A stretch of DNA of 40,000 nucleotides from Haloquadratum walsbyi J07HQW1 (GTDB lineage Archaea; Halobacteriota; Halobacteria; Halobacteriales; Haloferacaceae): NCBI GenBank assembly GCA_000415965.1, contig KE356560.1, positions 698,895 to 738,894 of the forward strand. Direction: 5' to 3'. Position 1 is the first letter of the stretch, and each line of letters starts with the position of its first letter. Below the pieces are notes generated by a model. That model ran no database searches. It had not been told where the DNA came from and saw only the letters and a program-made list of their open reading frames with translations. A program made the position numbers and the translations under genes. Of this stretch, positions 9,024-16,052 are shown in pieces.

Positions 9024-10315
9024 CAGGCGATCACCGCATCTGATTCTGTCTCATACTCTTCTGCGAGCGTCTCTAATTCAGCAAGCCGCTCGAGGTCCTC
9101 TCGTCGATAGGTAAACAACGTTGTGAATGAAACCAGACTTCGATTTGTTAATGTCGCGCCGAGATTCACTTCATCACATCGAGCGTGGAGAAACGACCGC
9201 AACGTTGATGTCTGAATCTGGTAATCCGTATCGGCAATGTATGTCGAAGGTGCACGCAACAGTCCAACCGCCTTTCGCGCCTCTCGTGTATCAACGTCTG
9301 CAACAGTCTGTTTTAGTTCCGCGACCTGTGAGAGTGCCGTTGCATCGATTTTATTTTGTCCAATAAAGGGCAATAGATATCCAGCAAGCGACTTCGTCAT
9401 CTCCACTGACCGACCCATTGACGCGTACCCAGTTTCGGTATCCTCCCCCAGACCGAACGAAAGGCTCGTCACAATATCCTGAATATCAATAATTGGCGGA
9501 TCAACATCATATTCGCTCCGATCAATCCGCTCAAGAACTGTCCCCGAAATAAGACTCACAATCGCAGAGGCAACATATTCATTGAGATCCGTGAACTGTC
9601 CTTCTGCGGCTTCGTGGTATGAAAGCCGCTCATTATCAACGAGGATAATCCCATCTGCAACCTGCTCGATCTGATTGAGTCCATAGCGAGCATTCCAGGC
9701 TTGCCGACTCGGTGAAGCACCCTCATCGGATTCATCATCGACTGTCCCAACCGGACCCTGAGTGTTTGGAAGCACACAGACCGCGATTGTTTTGCATGTT
9801 CCGTTGGTATACTCATCAATTGCATCAATGAGATGTGCGGTAATTCCACATCCTGTCCCACCACCAAGTCCACAGAACACAAACGCGAATGGCACGTTCG
9901 TCTCTTCAGTTTCAACCACTGACTCGGTCGCTGTTGTTTCGGCACCTGCTTCAGCATTATCACTAGCGGTGCTCGCGGTCCCCTCATCGATTTCAACCCG
10001 CTCTGTCAATTCATCGTACAGTGTATTATCAAGTGCTGCCCGGTTGTCCGCAAGTACCTCATCAGCCCGAACAGGATTACGCCCAAATCCGCCAGTTACC
10101 TGCTCTTCGAATCCGTCTGTCGTCCCAGGAACCAATCCTGTGCCCTCAGCAATTCCGTACCAGCTATTGCGATCGATATTTGTGAGTTTCCGCAGGTCTC
10201 TGACTGTCGAATTGAAAACAAGATGTGTCGCAATCTCGTCCATATTCTTATGAGCGAATATCTCGTCTACAATAGAACTGCCAGCCTGTCCTGCACCCAC
10301 AAAAAGGTATGGCAT
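9023..10315 (-). CDS. Divergent tubulin/CetZ-like GTPase (paralog 2, 430 aa)
   Basis: T1 loop MPYLFVGAGQAGSSIVDEIF (compare CetZ G-x-GQAGG). T4 signature FVFCGLGGGTGCGITAHLIDAI. T7-like ILVDNERL (compare tubulin/CetZ DNEA/DNDA). The blocks NSTVRDL, VCVLPNTQG and WNARYGLNQIEQVADG are collinear with CetZ. A ~40-aa acidic insertion (EGTASTASDNAEAGAETTATESVVETEE) sits before T4. Confidence 0.8.
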   Translation of the reverse strand: MPYLFVGAGQAGSSIVDEIFAHKNMDEIATHLVFNSTVRDLRKLTNIDRNSWYGIAEGTGLVPGTTDGFEEQVTGGFGRNPVRADEVLADNRAALDNTLYDELTERVEIDEGTASTASDNAEAGAETTATESVVETEETNVPFAFVFCGLGGGTGCGITAHLIDAIDEYTNGTCKTIAVCVLPNTQGPVGTVDDESDEGASPSRQAWNARYGLNQIEQVADGIILVDNERLSYHEAAEGQFTDLNEYVASAIVSLISGTVLERIDRSEYDVDPPIIDIQDIVTSLSFGLGEDTETGYASMGRSVEMTKSLAGYLLPFIGQNKIDATALSQVAELKQTVADVDTREARKAVGLLRAPSTYIADTDYQIQTSTLRSFLHARCDEVNLGATLTNRSLVSFTTLFTYRREDLERLAELETLAEEYETESDAVIA

Positions 10316-10340
10316 TATTGTATCTATGTTTAATCCACTC

Positions 10341-10348
10341 TGATAAAC
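10341..10348 (-). promoter_or_regulatory. Candidate TATA box (GTTTATCA on minus strand) for an internal promoter in front of tubulin-like paralog 2
   Basis: Located -26 to -33 relative to the ATG at 10315, inside the 105-nt spacer. This spacing fits haloarchaeal leaderless transcripts. Sequence-only call. Confidence 0.3.
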
Positions 10349-10420
10349 ATGTCTGCTCGCTCAGGATTATATCTGTGAGCTCAGTGTATAATTGACTGTC
10401 CCACGCTATAACTCTCTCAG

Positions 10421-12118
10421 TCATCCGCGTAACTGCTCAAGTAACACGCTATATGCTTGTCGCTCATATAATTCTCTCACCCAATCAAGTGTCTCATCAG
10501 CGGCTTGTAAATACCCAATAGCTCGGTCGGTATTCCCTGCTGCTCGTGCATCGCTGGCTGCCTCTTGGAGTGAACTCACGAGTTCAAGAAAGTGAATCGG
10601 AATACTATGATCGTGTGCTGGATACTCAGAAGGATACTCTGTGCGAAGGGTTGACCGTCGCGACTCAATCTCCTCAGCGAGTGTCTGAACACTGAGTCCA
10701 CTGGATTCTCCGGTCGGTGACTGTAGTTCTGGGCATAATGTTCGATCATAAAATCGTAACTCCTGCCGCGCTGCATACACACTTACACGATCTGCGGGTC
10801 CTGCTTGTGAGACAGTTGATTCAAGCTCAGCAGCACGATCAGCTAAGACTTTCCCAACTGCTGCATCGGTTTTTTGAAACTCAGTCACGAGTGACCCCGC
10901 TAATTCAGCGACAGAATCAGTCTCAACCCCCTCGAGCCGATCTGCGGTAACAGCGGCTTCATCAATTGCTGTCACAGCTGATTGTAACGCCTCAGCGTAC
11001 CTCGAAGTAGCAACATCATCTGCTCGGAGCACATCAATCAAACTCTGACTTCGACTACTTTGTGGAGAAACTGCCGCCCGCTCAATGACAGTCTCAATAT
11101 CGGTCACTGCTGTGGTAAATGCAATTTCTTCATTTATCAGTGCAGTAGTGATTTCATCAAGCGCCAAATCGGGTTTCATATTTGGATCAGCACTGATTGA
11201 CTTACCAGCCTGTTCGCGGACAGTATCGCATATTTCCTCGACGCTTGCACCGATTGATTCGTGTGTACTGCGACACTCATCTCTGTCGGTGATGACATCT
11301 GCAAGTCGCTCACCAATAGTGGTGACTGCTGATCCAGTCTCTCCACCGATTTCTGCTCCTTTTTGCTGCAGTGTTTGCGATAGTTGCTCCGCTTCGACAT
11401 GGGGTTGCACCGTTGATAATGCACGGTGTGTCTCAGCGTCGCGCTCGATGCGTTCGATTGCTGTGGTGAGTGTCTCAGTAAGTCGCCGTTCAGCGGTATT
11501 ATTTGGTGCCTCAAGATACCGAAGAAGTCGATTTGCGGTGTCTGTCTGTGGGTCCGTCCGTGCTGACGCTGTTTCAACTGCATTCGTCAATAACGCTGAG
11601 ATTGTCTCATTCGTTGTTTTTGTCGTTTCAGTGGTCCCCGCGTGGTTGTCTTGACCTCTTGATGTGCTCTCATCACTCATCACAACGCTTAGATTATTGT
11701 AATCTCCTGCTGCATTCTGTTCTCCAGACGATGCGTCATCAACCGAAGCGACTGGTGGAATGAGCTTATTTTGATCTGCAGCGCGAAGGATTGCAGTCGC
11801 CTGTGTCGATGGATCTGCATTTCGGTCAACGATTTCTCGTTCAATGAGTTTGGCTTCAGTGACAATCTGATTGATAGCATCGATGAAGACAGCGGGGTCG
11901 TGATTTGTGTGATTAATTCCCTCTGTTGTTTCTGCTGTTGAATCAACCTGCTTACGAGTCCCAGCGACAAATCCCACGACTCCACCAACGAATAATGAAA
12001 GTACAACTGAACCGGCAAATAATGGTATATTCTCAATACCGAGATTGCCGAGTACATTGACAACAACTACCACACTCTCACCGACAATCATTCCTCCACT
12101 AGCGAGTATGTTTATCAT
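10421..12118 (-). CDS. Membrane-anchored acidic alpha-helical protein (565 aa)
   Basis: N-terminal TM hairpin (ILASGGMIVGESVVVVVNVLGNLG, IPLFAGSVVLSLFVGGVVGFVAG) followed by TRKQ. The remaining ~500 aa are T/A/E/D-rich, look helical, and show no enzymatic motif. The start lies 6 nt after the stop of the zinc-finger tubulin-like gene. Confidence 0.7.
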   Translation of the reverse strand: MINILASGGMIVGESVVVVVNVLGNLGIENIPLFAGSVVLSLFVGGVVGFVAGTRKQVDSTAETTEGINHTNHDPAVFIDAINQIVTEAKLIEREIVDRNADPSTQATAILRAADQNKLIPPVASVDDASSGEQNAAGDYNNLSVVMSDESTSRGQDNHAGTTETTKTTNETISALLTNAVETASARTDPQTDTANRLLRYLEAPNNTAERRLTETLTTAIERIERDAETHRALSTVQPHVEAEQLSQTLQQKGAEIGGETGSAVTTIGERLADVITDRDECRSTHESIGASVEEICDTVREQAGKSISADPNMKPDLALDEITTALINEEIAFTTAVTDIETVIERAAVSPQSSRSQSLIDVLRADDVATSRYAEALQSAVTAIDEAAVTADRLEGVETDSVAELAGSLVTEFQKTDAAVGKVLADRAAELESTVSQAGPADRVSVYAARQELRFYDRTLCPELQSPTGESSGLSVQTLAEEIESRRSTLRTEYPSEYPAHDHSIPIHFLELVSSLQEAASDARAAGNTDRAIGYLQAADETLDWVRELYERQAYSVLLEQLRG

Positions 12119-12124
12119 TATACA

Positions 12125-13972
12125 TCACCCCATATTTTCTCGACCAAGACAATCAAATAGTGGCTCAATTGTTTCCCATGCCTCGCGTAACTCCTGTGCC
12201 TCCTTATTTTCGCTTTGCTCGACAAGTTCTCGTGCGTGCTTGTACATCCGCTCCAGTGTCGGGAGATTCGGATTCCATATGAGCCCCCATAGATAGACAT
12301 TGTCTACATGAGGTACAACGAGTTGATTGACATAGATGTCAATCGAACTCGGTCCATCATATTGCTCGCGTGCGAGAAAATCTTGACCGCTTAGAATCGA
12401 TGTTAATTCACCATCTTGTAGCAGTGGCTCAAGCTCTTCCATCTTTTCTGCCGGACCATATGCCATGAACGTGCCACCCCATGCACTCTTTGGGTCAAAA
12501 TCAACAAGTTGTCCCTGTAGAAGCGTCGACCGTGCGAGTGTATCTAAACGCGCTCTATCAAATCGACTGGCACTTGTCGTTCCGATAACCGGCGCCATCA
12601 CTACAGCAGGAGTGTACGCTCGGTCACTCGCGATGCCATATTTTCGTTGGACTGGGCGAAAACTATCCGGGACATCAAATACCTCACCACTAATTCGTTC
12701 TGTCCCCGTGGTGTCCGCTGACTGTGGCGTCGATGACATCGTAAATGCCTCAAGAAACGTTACCAGTAGGCGGTTGACATCGGTATACATTGGCGGGTTA
12801 TAATGTTCAAGCGCCGCCTGATCGATATCGACGGCAAAATCGGTTCGCTGTGCATCGAGCTTGCTATTATCGAACGGAATAATACCGTCAACGTGCTTTG
12901 AGAGGTATGCCATTCCAACAACCCCACGGACCATCTCTGATGCACCAAACTCAGTCTCTGATGGGAGGACCACGGAACTCAAAATTGGCTTTGAAAGTGT
13001 CGTTGCATCCGCAACACCCGTTCCTTCACTCACGAGATTGCGGATGTTCTTCGCGAGGACTGGCGTTGATCCACATCCAGTACCCTTTGTGACGCTGTGG
13101 ATCAACATCACAGCCTGTGACGCCTCTAGGTCACGCTGATTGACATCAAGTCGGTCTCTAATTGCATTTTTCTCTCCCTCGAAGTCTTTCTGCATGAGGG
13201 TTCGACCAACCTTCCAATTACGCCCTGCTCCGCTGTAATTATGATGACGGTAACCGATCATCCCATTCGTAATGAGTGATTCTTTTGAAAATTCTCGATC
13301 TTGCTGTGCATAAAACGTATCCCCCAACTCCGCAATATTGGTGTTTAATCCCGCGTAATCTGCGAGTCCACCATCCCACACCTGTGCAAGTGGACTGTTC
13401 TGTTCACGAAGTGTCTCTCGACGGAGTAAAATCGCATCAAGAATATGATTCCCAGCCCCCCCAATCCCAATCATCTGCCATTTGTTTCCTGTTGCACCAC
13501 TCAGCGGCGTCGATCCAGGAATATTCACATTGGTATCAATACCCCCGTCGCCGGTGTTTAGATGTGTATTATCACTCTGCGAGTGCCTCTGTCCGGAGAG
13601 TTGGTCTTCGTCGACGTCGGGTGTCGACTCCGGTGATGTTTGAGCACTCGATGTCGATTGTGCTGGATTTTGACCTGCTTGGGTGTTCAGATTACTATGA
13701 CTGCCCGTATTGCCATTCGACTGCGATTCACCTTTATTTCGATTTTTCTCATCTGACGTCGTAATATGCAGTGACGACCCACTGTTATCGTCATCTGAGT
13801 TATCATTGTGATACTGTGGTCGCAGTTCGCCATCACTGTCAAAGATTGTGCTATATCGGTCTGCGTACACCTCCTGGACGGATGCCGGCGTTCCTGCATG
13901 GTTGGCTGCGATGTGTTCTTCGATACTTTGCTCATCAATTTCGCGCAGGCAGATTTTGCAATTGTTTGTCAT
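12125..13972 (-). CDS. Zinc-finger-fused tubulin/FtsZ-superfamily protein (paralog 1, 615 aa) with a degenerate T4 signature
   Basis: The N-terminus CKICLREIDEQSIEEHIAANH has the pattern C-x2-C-x11-H-x4-H (C2H2-like). A ~130-aa S/N/Q/D/G-rich low-complexity linker follows. T1 loop WQMIGIGGAGNHILDAILL. T4 LIHSVTKGTGCGSTPVLAKNI (compare CetZ GLGGGTGSGGAPVLAK). VVLPSETEFG. T7-like IIPFDNSKLD. The start lies 6 nt after the upstream stop. Confidence 0.7.
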   Translation of the reverse strand: MTNNCKICLREIDEQSIEEHIAANHAGTPASVQEVYADRYSTIFDSDGELRPQYHNDNSDDDNSGSSLHITTSDEKNRNKGESQSNGNTGSHSNLNTQAGQNPAQSTSSAQTSPESTPDVDEDQLSGQRHSQSDNTHLNTGDGGIDTNVNIPGSTPLSGATGNKWQMIGIGGAGNHILDAILLRRETLREQNSPLAQVWDGGLADYAGLNTNIAELGDTFYAQQDREFSKESLITNGMIGYRHHNYSGAGRNWKVGRTLMQKDFEGEKNAIRDRLDVNQRDLEASQAVMLIHSVTKGTGCGSTPVLAKNIRNLVSEGTGVADATTLSKPILSSVVLPSETEFGASEMVRGVVGMAYLSKHVDGIIPFDNSKLDAQRTDFAVDIDQAALEHYNPPMYTDVNRLLVTFLEAFTMSSTPQSADTTGTERISGEVFDVPDSFRPVQRKYGIASDRAYTPAVVMAPVIGTTSASRFDRARLDTLARSTLLQGQLVDFDPKSAWGGTFMAYGPAEKMEELEPLLQDGELTSILSGQDFLAREQYDGPSSIDIYVNQLVVPHVDNVYLWGLIWNPNLPTLERMYKHARELVEQSENKEAQELREAWETIEPLFDCLGRENMG

Positions 13973-13978
13973 TGTCTG

Positions 13979-15907
13979 TTATGCGTATGCTGATTGTAAT
14001 TGCTTCATCACTCGTCGTGGACTCACTCCATCTGCAACTTCAATAGAAAGGAATCCTGGTGGTGGATTCGATGGAATCGTTACTTGTACTACATCACCTT
14101 GTCGCTCAGCGAATGATTTAATCTCAGTAAGAACGGCTGGTTTGATAAATTTCGCTGGAAGTCGCTCAGTTTGGAGTTCGACAGTGTTTTTACCACGCTG
14201 AGATGCAGCGCTCGCTTGCAGTTCACCAAGTACATACAGAACATCATCCTGTGGTACCTCCGTATCGCGAGGGGTCCCTCCAGTTAATGCTGCATGCTCG
14301 CCTGTACCGTCTGCTGTCCTGCTGCGTTCTGCCCCAGTAACACCACTGGTGGCATTACCTGCACCCGATTCCATCTCTGAATCGCTCCTTTCTGTTAGAT
14401 TCAATACATCATCTACGACCTGATACTCGATTTGATAACTCCGCTCGAATGGCACCCGTAGCTTCTCGATAAGATCAGTATCGATTGATGATGGTACAGG
14501 AATTGAACCGGACCCATACTCAATCGTCGCTGTGACGCTTTGTCCAAAGAATTCAGCAATCTGAACAATCTCTTTTGCTTCTGTCTCTGCTGTGTCAGCC
14601 GACTGTGTTGCTGCGTCGAATCGACACTCATGCAACGCCTCCAGTGCCTCCTTACGGTGGTCATCAACGATTGGCTTTGTTGGAAGCGATTCATTAGCTG
14701 ATAACTCTGGTGTCCGCCCTTCGAGTAGATACGCCTCAAGTCGCTCTTGAGCCGGTCCCTCTAATTTATTAAGATTTGTTGCAGTGGTTTCAATTGCGTT
14801 TTCTGCCGTATCTAAGGATTCAGCAATCGGTTCTTCATGAGTTTGAAGTGTTTCTTCAACTGCTTCAAGATGCGTATCAATTGCATCAACTGCCCCAGCG
14901 ACAGCAGCAAGTCCATCTGGATTCGTTTCGATTGTCTCAATAAGTCGGGTAGCTATTTCATGCTGTGCTCCGCCAATTTGAATAGCCGGTCCATCGATTG
15001 TCGGTGGTGAGACCGAATTATGGGTCCGCAAATTTCGGATCTTATACTCACGATTGAATCGCGACACATAGTGTACGTCACTATATTGTTCTTTAATCTC
15101 GTCTCTCAGTCGTCGCTTCAACGTAGATATTAACCGAACAGCAGTCTCTTCTGCAACTTCATTGAGTTTCGCCGCATCAGCCTGTAGTTGCGCAGCTGTA
15201 TCATGGCGCTCACGGCTTGATATCGATCCATCAACAACCGCATCCGCTTTATCCTGAACTGTTTGACAACGCTCTCGAAACTCGCTGCACTCTGATTCGA
15301 ATGCTGCGACTGCCTCTGGTGCGACTGCTCTCAGCGACGACCGTACCTGTTCGTCCACAACTCGCTCGACTTGATCATCGAATGTGGTGAGCGCCTGCTG
15401 TGTACTTTCACGAGCGGTAGATAACGCTTCTGCAGCCTCTGAATCAAGTGTCACATTCCAATCAAAGACAAGCGATGCCGCCCAACTCATTGCTGCGGTC
15501 CCGATTGGAACAAATAAGAATCCAGCAGTTTGAACCGCTGGAATTCCTGCAGAAGCAATTGGAAGATACACAAGCTCGAATAACACAAGAAACAGTGTCA
15601 CAAATCCTGTGGCACCAAGGGTCATAACGCGGTGTTGAAGAGCAAATAATCCAATCCCCTGGGCAATCCACGCAAGCGCGATGAGAACAAATAATATAAA
15701 CACGATAGTTGAACTTGACCGGAAAATATTACCTGCAGTCCGAAAGACAGATACCGACCAGAGAAATTGCGTGAGTGATCCAATCAGCGGAATCGTGGTA
15801 GCTGTCGTCTCAAACAGCGCGACCGTTGCCTGCACGAAGGATGCAAGAATTGGCAACCCAGCGACAGCCCAACACCCTGCCGCAACTCGCCGCCTATTCT
15901 GCAACAT
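13979..15907 (-). CDS. Polytopic (4-6 TM) membrane protein with a long acidic alpha-helical C-terminal region (642 aa); first gene of the cluster
   Basis: The N-terminal ~150 aa are hydrophobic (VAAGCWAVAGLPILASFVQATVALF, IPLIGSLTQFLWSVSVF, STIVFILFVLIALAWIAQGIGLFAL, VMTLGATGFVTLFLVLFELVYLPIA, IPAVQTAGFLFVPIGTAAMSWAASLVF). About 490 aa of E/A/T/D-rich helical sequence follow. No catalytic motifs recognised. Confidence 0.7.
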   Translation of the reverse strand: MLQNRRRVAAGCWAVAGLPILASFVQATVALFETTATTIPLIGSLTQFLWSVSVFRTAGNIFRSSSTIVFILFVLIALAWIAQGIGLFALQHRVMTLGATGFVTLFLVLFELVYLPIASAGIPAVQTAGFLFVPIGTAAMSWAASLVFDWNVTLDSEAAEALSTARESTQQALTTFDDQVERVVDEQVRSSLRAVAPEAVAAFESECSEFRERCQTVQDKADAVVDGSISSRERHDTAAQLQADAAKLNEVAEETAVRLISTLKRRLRDEIKEQYSDVHYVSRFNREYKIRNLRTHNSVSPPTIDGPAIQIGGAQHEIATRLIETIETNPDGLAAVAGAVDAIDTHLEAVEETLQTHEEPIAESLDTAENAIETTATNLNKLEGPAQERLEAYLLEGRTPELSANESLPTKPIVDDHRKEALEALHECRFDAATQSADTAETEAKEIVQIAEFFGQSVTATIEYGSGSIPVPSSIDTDLIEKLRVPFERSYQIEYQVVDDVLNLTERSDSEMESGAGNATSGVTGAERSRTADGTGEHAALTGGTPRDTEVPQDDVLYVLGELQASAASQRGKNTVELQTERLPAKFIKPAVLTEIKSFAERQGDVVQVTIPSNPPPGFLSIEVADGVSPRRVMKQLQSAYA

Positions 15908-15932
15908 CTATATATAAATACGTTGACCGGGG

Positions 15933-15940
15933 ATAAAATA
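15933..15940 (-). promoter_or_regulatory. Candidate TATA box (TATTTTAT on minus strand) for the cluster promoter
   Basis: -26 to -33 from the ATG at 15907, in the 145-nt spacer after mutS. A second AT block (TTTATATATAG) abuts the start codon. Confidence 0.3.
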
Positions 15941-16052
15941 CTTCGTGCATATGACTCACACACATCATACATGACAGGATCTGATATATATGCCACCTCA
16001 GAACAGGTAAACGACGGATAATCAACGACTACAATTAATTTATATTATCGTA

